A stretch of DNA of 64,000 bases from an uncultured Chloroflexia bacterium (GTDB lineage Bacteria > Chloroflexota > Limnocylindria > Limnocylindrales > CSP1-4), in the NCBI GenBank assembly GCA_963746845.1, contig CAVVCZ010000001.1, forward strand, positions 64,001-128,000, given 5' to 3'. Below, piece by piece: positions 18,684 to 27,864 of the stretch. The position numbers were made by a program, and so were the translations under genes. Each line of letters opens with the position of its first letter. Position 1 is the stretch's first letter. The notes beneath the pieces were generated by a model. The model did no database searches, was not told where the DNA came from, and was given only the letters and a program-made list of their open reading frames with translations.

Positions 18684-19348
18684 CCGACCTCCTCGGCGCT
18701 TCTGCCGACATACAGCGTCTGCCGTCCGAGAATCCACCAGGCCGGCCGGAACGCCAGATAGGCGCGGACGAGCCAGCCGTTCTGGGGGAACTTGCTCTTC
18801 GTCGTGTAGGGCAGGAACCGGACCACGAGCTCCTCGGTCTCGAAGCCTGCAGTGTCCGCCGCCTCTTCCAGGCTCTTTTCGGTCAGCGGCGTCTTGTGAT
18901 CGAGGAAGTCCCAATACGAGCCACCGACGAGACGGATGTTCGGCTGAAGAATGATCACGCGCCCGCCGGGCCGGAGCACCTGGCTAACGACCTTCAGCTG
19001 GGCGACGACCTCGTCCGCCGAGCCGAGATGCTCCAGGTAGTTGCTCATGAAGACAACATCCACCGAGGCGGGCGCGATGTGGTCGAGGATCTCGAGCCCG
19101 TTGCTCTGGACAAACCGGACGCCCGGATCCAGGTGGGTCCGGACGTCGCGCAGGTCGACGGCGATGCGATCGCCCGCCGTGACGACGTTGATGAACGCGC
19201 CTCGGTCGCAGGCGAGGTCGAGGACCGTCGACGACGGATCGATGTAGCGCTGGAGGAACCGCGTGATCTCGCGCCAGACCTCGCCGCGGCGCGGCGAGTC
19301 GGCGTCGCTGAACCGCCGAGCGTAGATTGCCGGAAGGTCATCGTCCAC
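18680..19348 (-). CDS. class I SAM-dependent methyltransferase
   Basis: VLDLACDRG, DVVFMSNYLEHL, LRPGG. Confidence 0.82.
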   Translation of the reverse strand: MDDDLPAIYARRFSDADSPRRGEVWREITRFLQRYIDPSSTVLDLACDRGAFINVVTAGDRIAVDLRDVRTHLDPGVRFVQSNGLEILDHIAPASVDVVFMSNYLEHLGSADEVVAQLKVVSQVLRPGGRVIILQPNIRLVGGSYWDFLDHKTPLTEKSLEEAADTAGFETEELVVRFLPYTTKSKFPQNGWLVRAYLAFRPAWWILGRQTLYVGRSAEEVG

Positions 19349-19369
19349 CGGGTCAGCGGCCGCCGGCGG

Positions 19370-20566
19370 TCACAGGGAGATCCCGCCGCCGAGGGCACCC
19401 CAGACGTCGATGACGTCCTTGCCGCCGATCTCGAGGTTCCGGTAGGCATGGTGGGGGACGCCGAGGACGATGATGTCGCTCTGCTGGAGCACGGAGTCGA
19501 GCGTCGTGAGGCGGTCGTCGATGACGTACGGGTCCGTGCAGACGACGGTCGCCCCGGCCCACGCCAACAGCTTGCGGAGCTTGTAGCTGAGCGAGGCTCG
19601 CGTGTCGTCGGACTCCGCCTTGAACGCCATCCCGAGGACGCCGACGGTCTTGCCGCCCAGGCCGCCGTAGCGTCGCTCGAGGGCCGAGACGATGTACGCG
19701 GGCAGCCCCTCGTTGACCTGCATCGCCGCCTGACCGAGCGGGAAGTGATCGCTCGTGAAGGCGGCGAGCTGCATCGTGTCCTTGAACAGGCACGGCCCCG
19801 CGGCGAAGCCCGGTCCGGGAAGGTCCTGAGCGCGCGGGTAGTCGGTCCGGATCGCGTTGAGCACGTTGGTGTAGTCGACGCCGGCCTGGTGCGAGATCGT
19901 GAAGAACTGGTTCGCGACGGCGAACTTCATGTACCGCCACGTGTTCGTGAAGAGCTTCGCGAGCTCCGCCTCCTTCGAGCTCGTCCGGATCGTCTGCTTG
20001 ACGAGATGCCCGAACAGGCCCGCGGCACGCTCCGCCGCCCGATCGTCGTCGGCGCCAATGATCTGTGGGAGCGTGTGGAGCTCCTCCAGCGCGTGACCCT
20101 CCGCGATCCGTTCGGGGCAGAAGGCCACGTCCACGTCGCAACCGATCGCCTGCATCCGCTGGGCGACGTAGGCCGTCGTGCCCGGATAGACCGTGCTGCG
20201 GAGGGCGATCAGCGCCCCGCGCCGGACATGGGGCGCGATCTGGTTGACCGCCCGCTCGAAGACCGTCATCGATGGCCCGAGGAACTCGTCCACCGGGGTG
20301 CCGATCACGACGACGATCTGGTCGGTCCGCTCGAGGATCGCGCCGTCGGTGCTCATCTCCAGCCGACCCGTCGCCAGCACCTTCCGGAGGAGCTCGTCGG
20401 CGCCGGTCTCGAGGAATGGCATGTCGCCCGCCGCGACCCGGTCCAGGGTCGGCTGACTGAGGTCGTAGATCCCGGTCCGCAGACCGGCGTCGGCGAAGAC
20501 GAGGCTCAGCGGAAGCCCGACGTGGCCCGCACCTCCAAGGACCACGACGTCGAGATCGGACGGCAT
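19370..20566 (-). CDS. UDP-glucose/GDP-mannose family nucleotide-sugar dehydrogenase (WecC-like)
   Basis: GGAGHVGLP, RSTVYPG, PERIAEG, AELAKLFTN, GPCLFKD, LGMAFK; start ATG20566. Confidence 0.9.
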   Translation of the reverse strand: MPSDLDVVVLGGAGHVGLPLSLVFADAGLRTGIYDLSQPTLDRVAAGDMPFLETGADELLRKVLATGRLEMSTDGAILERTDQIVVVIGTPVDEFLGPSMTVFERAVNQIAPHVRRGALIALRSTVYPGTTAYVAQRMQAIGCDVDVAFCPERIAEGHALEELHTLPQIIGADDDRAAERAAGLFGHLVKQTIRTSSKEAELAKLFTNTWRYMKFAVANQFFTISHQAGVDYTNVLNAIRTDYPRAQDLPGPGFAAGPCLFKDTMQLAAFTSDHFPLGQAAMQVNEGLPAYIVSALERRYGGLGGKTVGVLGMAFKAESDDTRASLSYKLRKLLAWAGATVVCTDPYVIDDRLTTLDSVLQQSDIIVLGVPHHAYRNLEIGGKDVIDVWGALGGGISL

Positions 20567-20870
20567 GGTGGAAACGGTAGCAGCCCGGTGCGCTGCGACA
20601 CCACGCGCCGATGGTCCCAAGCGGCGAGCGGTACGCGGGCGCCGTCTGCCCGCGCGCGGTCGACGATCAGAGAGGCGAGCGCCGGGCCGAGCTTGGTCGG
20701 CTTGCCCGTGCGCGCTGTCGGCCCGGGGGGAATTGCGACGAAAGACGGGCGGGGCGACCCGGGTCGGGTTGCGCTCCGGCCTGCACCGACTCCCATCTGG
20801 TTCCGGCTGGCAACGGTTCGTGCGCGGCAACCTCCACGGCGGGGTCCTAGGACCGTACTGTTCTGCCTCC

Positions 20871-22451
20871 GTGATTCCGCGGTCCCGCGTCCCTCCGCCG
20901 CTCGACCGCCGAAAGGCGGTTGCTGGCGTTGGCGCCCGACATGCGATCGGCGCCGGGCTGATCGGCGTCCTCTTGTCCCTGCCGGCGATGCTCGCTCCCC
21001 TGAACCTCTACGACGGCGGGCTGGCATCGTCGGCCGCGACCTTCCTTGTCCACGGCGCGCTGCCGTACCGCGACTTCTGGTGGCTGTACGGACCGGGCGG
21101 TCCGATCCTCCTGGCTCCGTTCGTGGCGGTGTTCGGTCCGAGCCTCCTCGGCATTCGACTCGCTGGGCTCGTCGTTGCGTTCTGGCTGACGGCTGCCGGC
21201 TATGCGTGGATGCGTGCCGCACGACTCACGTTCATCCTGGCGGCCCTCATTCCGGCCTCCACGGTCGGGTTCATGTCGTTCCTCAACGGGCTCGAACCGA
21301 CGACGTGGTTCATCGGAATGGCGTTCGCGATGTCGGGCCTGTACCTGCGCGCCTTCCGGACGGAGCGCGCCGTGCTGGCCGGTGTGCTGATCGCAGCCAC
21401 GGCCCTGACGCGTCCGGATCTCGGGGCGTACGCCTTCATCGCCGCGTTGTTGGTTCCGGGTCGGACCCGGTTTGTCGCGACGGTCGGCGGGATTGGCGTT
21501 GTTGCGGCCGTCCTCATGCTGGTCACGGCGGGGCTACCGGCATTGGTCGAACAGCTGATCTGGTATCCGATCGTGGGTCCTCGCCAATTTCGCGGGCTTC
21601 CGCTCCCGCAGATCAGCGACCTGACCACGGCGCTCGCCTTCCTCGTGGCGGTGATGATCCCGAAAGCCGGCGTCGTCATCGCGATCACGCAGATGCTCGT
21701 CGTCCGCCGCCGCGACCTGGGGCTGGTTGTCCTTACCGTGTTTGCGGCGTTGTGCCAGCTCCAGACGGCCGGCCGGAGTGACCTGTATCACCAGGTCCAG
21801 GGCGGGTTCCCCGGGACGCTGTTGTTGGGCTACACCCTCGGCCGGATGTCCGACGTGCCCCTTCGGCGGATGCCGTCGATCGGCGCCGCACGCCTGGTTG
21901 CGCTCGGTCTACTCGCGGGCGTCTGCGCGTTCAACCTTTCCATCGTCTCGATCGGCCTCCGCCTGCCGGAGCTCGGGACGCTGCGATCGAGCGAGCAGGC
22001 ATTCGTCGCGGCGGTCCGGACGATCTCGAGCAGCGCGGGCCCCGACGAACCGATCTTCGTCGCGCTGACATCCAACCGGATCACCTTCGCGAACGACATG
22101 CTCGCCTACTACCTCGCCGATCGGCGGTCCGGCGTCCATGTCGCGATGTTCAATCCGGGCGTCTCCAACACCGACCTGGTCCAGCGCCAGATGGTCGACC
22201 AGCTCGAGTCCAGCGGGACGCGGTTCGTGCTCCTTGACCACCACTGGGCCGAGGCGAGTGAACCGACGAACGACAGCTCGATCCTCGGGAGCACGATCCT
22301 GGACACGTACCTCTCGACGCACTTCGTGCCGGCATGCGACTACGGCACGATCCTGGTTTCGGTTCGCGTGTCAGCCCTCGGATCGATCCGCTGCGCGGAT
22401 GCGGTGGATCGATCGATCGTGGATGTCCTCCCGGCCCTCGTCTCGAGGTAG
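20871..22451 (+). CDS. polytopic membrane protein, probable GT-C glycosyltransferase
   Basis: YDGG..., G.LPYRDF...YGP, multi-TM with C-terminal extracellular domain; start inferred (ORF open from 20565). Confidence 0.6.
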   Translation: MIPRSRVPPPLDRRKAVAGVGARHAIGAGLIGVLLSLPAMLAPLNLYDGGLASSAATFLVHGALPYRDFWWLYGPGGPILLAPFVAVFGPSLLGIRLAGLVVAFWLTAAGYAWMRAARLTFILAALIPASTVGFMSFLNGLEPTTWFIGMAFAMSGLYLRAFRTERAVLAGVLIAATALTRPDLGAYAFIAALLVPGRTRFVATVGGIGVVAAVLMLVTAGLPALVEQLIWYPIVGPRQFRGLPLPQISDLTTALAFLVAVMIPKAGVVIAITQMLVVRRRDLGLVVLTVFAALCQLQTAGRSDLYHQVQGGFPGTLLLGYTLGRMSDVPLRRMPSIGAARLVALGLLAGVCAFNLSIVSIGLRLPELGTLRSSEQAFVAAVRTISSSAGPDEPIFVALTSNRITFANDMLAYYLADRRSGVHVAMFNPGVSNTDLVQRQMVDQLESSGTRFVLLDHHWAEASEPTNDSSILGSTILDTYLSTHFVPACDYGTILVSVRVSALGSIRCADAVDRSIVDVLPALVSR

Positions 22452-22474
22452 CCGGATCGACCGTCGCTCGACCG

Positions 22475-23920
22475 TCAGTAGGGTCGGCTCGGCCCGACCA
22501 GGACCGTCCCATCCTCGTCGTGGAACGCCTGGCGCCAGCCGTTGGCTTCGAGCCGCTTGATCATCTCCGTCTGATCGGGCGCCGCGACAACGATGGTCAC
22601 GCCCCAATCCTTCAGCGTGTCCTCCCAGCCGGATGACCCGCTCGCGATCCGCTCCGCTCCGTCCCAGGCCGCGGCAGGGATGAGCTCGATCCGGGAGTCG
22701 ACCGCGACCGACGCCTCCGGCAGGGCAAACTCGAACCACGAGCCCCACGGCTGCGGAGCGAGCAGCCGATCCCCGGGCTGCACCAGGTCGCGAAGCGCGG
22801 CGGTGATCCCGGGCGGGGCGGTCCCGACGACCCCGGCCGGCGTGCCGAGCTTCGGGTCCACGGGCCGCCAGACGGGCAGGGCGGCAATCCCGACGATCAC
22901 GAGGATCACCGCGATGGCGGCGTTGAGACGGCGCATCAGCGGTGGGTCGACGCGCTCCGGTCGGACGGCCCGGCCCTCCGCGGCCACCGGGACCGCAAGC
23001 GGGGCGATCGTCGCGGCGGCGACGAACGGCCACCAGGCGAGGCCTCGGACGGCCCAGGCGCCGAGCACAAGGAACGGCACGAGCCACAGGAGCATCGTCC
23101 ACGGGACGTGCCGGCCGCGTGCCGCGGCCGCGACCGCCGCGATGGCGACGAGCCCCGCCGACAGGAAGAACAGCGCCCCTTCCGGGGTCCGGATCGTCGT
23201 CGGCTGCCACTCCGTGATCTGGCTCGTGATCAGGCTGTTCGTCGAGATGCCGACCGCGTAGCCCCAGACGCCCGGCCCGAATGGGTTGACGAAGGTCGCG
23301 AGGACCGTCGCGACGAGCAGCCCGACGGTCACCTTCCAGCGGGGGTCGCGCTCGATCAGGTCTTCGGCCAGCGCGATCGCGACAAGGGCGGGCGCCAGGA
23401 TGAATGAGCCGTGGACGTTTGCCCAGACGACGACCAGGGGCACCGTCAGCCAGACGAGGCGGGGCGCCTCCCGCCGGCGGAGGACGAGCCACAACACGGC
23501 CGCGAACAGGGCGACCCCGAACAGCTGCGGCCGGAGGCCGAGGGTGATCGCGGCGCAGCCGAAGGCCGCCAGGGTGAGCCACGCAGCCACACGCACCGAC
23601 CCGGACCGTCGCCGGCAGAGATCGAACAACAGCCCGAACGCGATTCCGACGAGGGCGGCCCGGAGCAGCACGAGGCCGGTCCAGCCAGCGAGGCGGTAGG
23701 CGAGGGCGAGGGCGACCTGGGCCAGCCACTGCTGGTCCTGCCAGGCCATGCCGGCCGCGGTGTACGTCCAGGTGTCGACGCGCGGGATCGCCCCGGTGTC
23801 GAGGATCTCGCCGCCCGCCCGCAGGTGGTAGGCAAGGTCGACGGTCGGGAACGGGGCGATGACCGCGGCGAGCACGGGCAGCCCGATCGCGAGGAACGCC
23901 CAGAGGCTCCGGAGGCTCAC
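22475..23920 (-). CDS. polytopic membrane protein, probable GT-C glycosyltransferase
   Basis: DLAYHLRAG, WLAQ, RPQLF, WANVHGSF, NPFG, ITEWQP, DSRIE. Confidence 0.68.
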   Translation of the reverse strand: MSLRSLWAFLAIGLPVLAAVIAPFPTVDLAYHLRAGGEILDTGAIPRVDTWTYTAAGMAWQDQQWLAQVALALAYRLAGWTGLVLLRAALVGIAFGLLFDLCRRRSGSVRVAAWLTLAAFGCAAITLGLRPQLFGVALFAAVLWLVLRRREAPRLVWLTVPLVVVWANVHGSFILAPALVAIALAEDLIERDPRWKVTVGLLVATVLATFVNPFGPGVWGYAVGISTNSLITSQITEWQPTTIRTPEGALFFLSAGLVAIAAVAAAARGRHVPWTMLLWLVPFLVLGAWAVRGLAWWPFVAAATIAPLAVPVAAEGRAVRPERVDPPLMRRLNAAIAVILVIVGIAALPVWRPVDPKLGTPAGVVGTAPPGITAALRDLVQPGDRLLAPQPWGSWFEFALPEASVAVDSRIELIPAAAWDGAERIASGSSGWEDTLKDWGVTIVVAAPDQTEMIKRLEANGWRQAFHDEDGTVLVGPSRPY

Positions 23921-23977
23921 CCGCGGGATGCTAGCGGCAGCCGGTGCGGGCCCGCACCGCGACGATGGTCCTGGGGC

Positions 23978-25177
23978 TCAGCTCGCCGCCGACTCCGCGA
24001 GACGCACCGCCCGGGCTCCTGCGTCGTAGATCTCCTCGATCGCCTTGACCATCAGCTCCACGCAGAACCGCTCGTGGACGAGGTCGTGGCCGGCCCGCGC
24101 GATCGTGTCCGCATAGGCGCGATCGCGCAGCAAACGCACGAGCGCGGCCGCGAGCGCGACCGGGTTGTCGTGCTCGACGAGGAGGCCCGTGACGCCGTCC
24201 TCGATCATCTCCGGGATCCCGCCGACGTCGGACGCCACGACCGGTCGCGACAGTGCCATCGCCTCGAGGATCGACAGGCCCTGGGCCTCACGCCAGGAGG
24301 GCAGGACCGCGACGTCGAGGGCAGCGGTCACGGCCGGGACATCGTCGCGACGGCCGGTGAAGATCACGCGGTGGGCGACCTTGTGGGCTGCGGCCCACTG
24401 CTCGAGGAAGTCGCGCCGCGAACCCTCGCCGACGATCAGCAGGTAGGCGTCCGGGACCTCGCGGAGGACGTGCGGCCACGCCTCGATCAGCGTCTGGTGG
24501 CCCTTCTCCGGCTCGAGCCGAGCGACGACGCCGACGATCTGCGAGCCCGACTCCATGCCGAACTCGTCGCGCAGCGTCGAGGCGCCCTGGTGGTCGTAAC
24601 GCTGGAGGTCGACGCCGTTGTAGATCAGCCGGACGGGGGCGCCGGTCCGGTGCTCGTCGGCGATCTTCCGGACGATCGACCGGCTGACCGCGATCAGCTG
24701 GTCCATGTGCGGGGTCAGCTGGCGGATCAGATCGCGGTCCTCGGCGGACCGGACCCGCGACGAGTGGACCGTCGACACGACGTACGGCCGGCGGTGACCG
24801 GTGGCGTCGAGCGCCATCACGGCCCGAGTCCCGACGACATCCGCCCGGTACATGTGGGTATGGACAACGTCCGGCCGGACGAGAGCCAGGTGCGCGGTCA
24901 CCGCGGCGATGGCCGACGCGTCGTCCGGATCGTCGATCACCGTCACGGGGATGCCGTGGCGCTCGAGCTTGCGGACCGCGCTGCCGCCGGACAGTGCGAC
25001 GACCGAGGCGTCGTAGTGGGCCGCGTCGAGCCGCGTCATCAGGGAGAACAGGTGCTCCTGGGCGCCGCCGTTCGTGCCCGTGGCGAGGATCTCGACGACG
25101 CGAACGCGGTCCGGCCCCGGCAGCCCGAGATGCTCGATCGGGACGAGACAGGGATCCCAGGCGGGGGGGGCGCCCAT
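23978..25177 (-). CDS. GT4 family glycosyltransferase
   Basis: GGAQ, IYNGVD, ARLEPEKG, EAQGLSILEAMA, SDVGGIPE. Confidence 0.9.
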   Translation of the reverse strand: MGAPPAWDPCLVPIEHLGLPGPDRVRVVEILATGTNGGAQEHLFSLMTRLDAAHYDASVVALSGGSAVRKLERHGIPVTVIDDPDDASAIAAVTAHLALVRPDVVHTHMYRADVVGTRAVMALDATGHRRPYVVSTVHSSRVRSAEDRDLIRQLTPHMDQLIAVSRSIVRKIADEHRTGAPVRLIYNGVDLQRYDHQGASTLRDEFGMESGSQIVGVVARLEPEKGHQTLIEAWPHVLREVPDAYLLIVGEGSRRDFLEQWAAAHKVAHRVIFTGRRDDVPAVTAALDVAVLPSWREAQGLSILEAMALSRPVVASDVGGIPEMIEDGVTGLLVEHDNPVALAAALVRLLRDRAYADTIARAGHDLVHERFCVELMVKAIEEIYDAGARAVRLAESAAS

Positions 25178-26376
25178 CAGGCCCGGACCTCGTCGCGGCG
25201 GACGAGCAGCCGCTGGATCGGCTCGTCGACCGAGCCCCACTCGTACTTGTACGGCTCGTCGCCGCGGAGGAAGTCGAACCGCTTCGCACCCGACTCGAGG
25301 GCGGCCTGGACGTAGCGCGCGGCGAGGACGACGCCCGGCGACAGGTCGCGGGCGTCCGGATCGATCCCGGCGTTATAGAACATCCAGGTGTCCGGCGTCT
25401 CGACGTGGATCCCGGCGGCGATCCGCCGGTCGTCCAGGGTCAGGAACGACAGCCGGATCGGTCCGGTTCTTCCGCACTCCTCGAAGACACGCCGGATGAA
25501 CACGCGCGAGTTGGCGCCGCCCGGCGTCGGCGGGAAGAGGCCGTCCGGGCCCCACCGTCGCTGGTGGAGGTCGATGAACGCCTCGAGGTCCGCGAGCGGG
25601 TCGTCGGAGACGGTCAGGCGGAGGGCTCCGGCGGCCTCGGCCCGCCGGACCTTGCGGCGGATCTCGTGGCGGGCCTTCTTGTCGAGCGTGGCGAGGTAGT
25701 CGTCGAACGAGGCGCCCGCGGGGAATGTCACGACCGGGCAGACGTCCTCGCGCTCGAGGTTCAGCGTCCAGCGCTCGCGGATCTCCCGGGCACCGAACGC
25801 GGCGGCCAGCGCGTCAACGGTCGGGTCGCCGCACCGGAGCCGGCGGAGGTCGACGACGTCCCACGGCGTCGGGTGGTCGGGGTCGACGACGGAACCGGCC
25901 GCGGCGAGGTGGTCGACGACCGCGTCGGCGACGGCCGGCAGGTCGTCCGGCGCGGCGAGGATCGTCGCGTAGTCGGCGTGGTAGGAGGCACCGAAGAAGA
26001 CGGCCTTCGCGCTTGCCGGCACGGGCGTGAGCGCCGCCTCGTCGCCGTGGCGGATCTTCGTCGCGGCGACCGCGTCGGTCGGCTCGACCTCGTGTCGATG
26101 CATCAGCGGGACGATCGCGATCGGCTCGTCCGAGGGCGACATGGCCGCTCCGGCGACGCCGAACCCCTCGCACACGATCAGGGTCTGGTCGTGGGCGCCG
26201 GCGCCGTACGCGTCCCACCACGCGCGCTGGAACGCCCAGCCGCTGAACGGCGTGGCCCACGGGTTCGCGGCGGCCAGTCGGTCCCACGTGTGGCGCGGGA
26301 TGTCGTCGAACGCGGCCCGGGCGACGCGGAGGTCGCGCCGGGTGCCTGTCGTGGTCGTCGAATTCGACCGCGTCAT
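25177..26376 (-). CDS. GNAT acetyltransferase (Acetyltransf_6/CelD-BcsL-like)
   Basis: TPF...W..AW, HADY, SPGVVL, FDFLRGDEPYKYEWG. Confidence 0.8.
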   Translation of the reverse strand: MTRSNSTTTTGTRRDLRVARAAFDDIPRHTWDRLAAANPWATPFSGWAFQRAWWDAYGAGAHDQTLIVCEGFGVAGAAMSPSDEPIAIVPLMHRHEVEPTDAVAATKIRHGDEAALTPVPASAKAVFFGASYHADYATILAAPDDLPAVADAVVDHLAAAGSVVDPDHPTPWDVVDLRRLRCGDPTVDALAAAFGAREIRERWTLNLEREDVCPVVTFPAGASFDDYLATLDKKARHEIRRKVRRAEAAGALRLTVSDDPLADLEAFIDLHQRRWGPDGLFPPTPGGANSRVFIRRVFEECGRTGPIRLSFLTLDDRRIAAGIHVETPDTWMFYNAGIDPDARDLSPGVVLAARYVQAALESGAKRFDFLRGDEPYKYEWGSVDEPIQRLLVRRDEVRA

Positions 26377-26568
26377 CAGTGGTGGTGGGCCCCCGGGCGT
26401 CGGACGAGCCCGGACAGGCAGGCTCCGCGTCGGGAGCGAGCGTCGTCACACGGCCGAGGATATCACCGGGCCTCGGAAGGTGATTGAGCAGGCAACGGCC
26501 TGCGGAACGCCGAGTGTCGGTTGGCGCCGCCTGCCGCCGCTCGCCGTTGCCAGGCGGCCACCGCCGTC

Positions 26569-26637
26569 GCCGGATTCCCATCTCGCGAACACGCTCCACG
26601 AAGTCCCCGCCGGGCGTGCGCGTGATGGGAATCCGGC
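26569..26637. repeat. intergenic hairpin/inverted repeat
   Basis: GCCGGATTCCCATC 26569-82 and exact reverse complement 26624-37. Confidence 0.5.
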
Positions 26638-26838
26638 AACCGGCCGGCGGTGCGGAACCTGAATCCGAGCGTGCCGTCCGACACGCCGTCTGTCCCCGGG
26701 TCTCGGCGTGTTCACCGGGCGAGAATCCCGCAGACGGATCCGCGTGGCACGAGCGGGCGATGGCCCGATCGGGGGATCGACGCGGGCGGGGGCGATGGTA
26801 TGGTCCGGACCGCCTGATCCACGCCCGGAGACCCAGCC

Positions 26839-27861
26839 ACGAGCTCCGACATCCGCCTTCCGTTCGCCCGCCCGAACACCACCGCCCGCGCGCCGGAGAC
26901 CGGCGACGCCGCCGCATCGCGCCACCGGAACGCCGCCGCCAGGTGGCTGCCGACCTTTGTCCTCGGCCTGATCGGGGTGGCCTTTGCGATCGCCTTCTTC
27001 GTCAGCCGCGTCGCACCGGTCGACACCCTGCACTACTTCCAGACCGGCCAGATGGACCACTTCTACGGCACGGTCTGGGGGAGCGGCGAGGGGGCGGAGG
27101 CGTGGTACGTCTACCCGCCCCCGTTCGCCTACCTCGTCAAGGCCTTGTCGATCGGTGGCTGGGGCGAGTGGATCGTCGTCTGGACGGTCCTCCTCGCGGT
27201 CAGCTTCTCGGTCATCCGCTGGATCGGCGTCGCCGCGGTCGTCGTCGGGTTCGCCGCGCGGATCTTCCTCGACAACTTCAAGCCGATCTCCGAGCCGGCC
27301 AACCACCTGACGATCGGGAACCTCCAGCCCCTGATCCTCGCCACGGTCGTCCTCGGGCTGCGTTATCCGGCGATGTGGGCGATCCCCCTTCTCACGAAGA
27401 TCGGCCCCGGGATCGGGATCCTGTGGTTCGTCGTCCGCCGCGACTGGCGGAGCCTCGGCATCGCGCTCGGGGTGACGGCGGCGATCGCGGGCGTCAGCTT
27501 CGTGATCGACCCGGGATCGTGGGGCGATTGGGTCCGGTTCATGCTCGCGAACGTCTCGACGCCGAGCCCGGTCCCGGTCGTGCCGATCCCCGCCTGGGTC
27601 CGGTTCCCGATCGCGATCGCGCTGATCGTCTGGGGCGCCCGGACGGACCGGGCGTGGACGGTCCCGATCGCGTGCGGGATCGCCTCGTTCGCGCTCTACG
27701 AGTGGTCCTACCTGACGATCTGGCTCGGCGTGTTTGCGTTCGTCGGACCCTGGGCGCCACGGGATCCCGACGGGCGACCGAGCCTGGCCGGCCCGCGGCT
27801 GAAGGGCCGGCCGGCGCCGGCACCAGCGCCGGCGTCCGCGTCCGCGTCCGCGGCGAGCTGA
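26839..27861 (+). CDS. GT87/DUF2029-like membrane glycosyltransferase (possible ACG start)
   Basis: VDTLHY, YVYPPP, GN, LTKIGPG; frame open from in-frame stop 26815; SD GGAG precedes ACG26839; next canonical start GTG26977. Confidence 0.7.
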   Translation, partial: TSSDIRLPFARPNTTARAPETGDAAASRHRNAAARWLPTFVLGLIGVAFAIAFFVSRVAPVDTLHYFQTGQMDHFYGTVWGSGEGAEAWYVYPPPFAYLVKALSIGGWGEWIVVWTVLLAVSFSVIRWIGVAAVVVGFAARIFLDNFKPISEPANHLTIGNLQPLILATVVLGLRYPAMWAIPLLTKIGPGIGILWFVVRRDWRSLGIALGVTAAIAGVSFVIDPGSWGDWVRFMLANVSTPSPVPVVPIPAWVRFPIAIALIVWGARTDRAWTVPIACGIASFALYEWSYLTIWLGVFAFVGPWAPRDPDGRPSLAGPRLKGRPAPAPAPASASASAAS

Positions 27862-27864
27862 TCC

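Noticed and set aside
18896-21781. Long Arg/Pro/Gly-rich alternative-frame ORFs (961 aa here, also 28190-31870, 23411-25315 and others)
   Set aside because: Typical high-GC shadow ORFs overlapping well-supported genes; no motifs.
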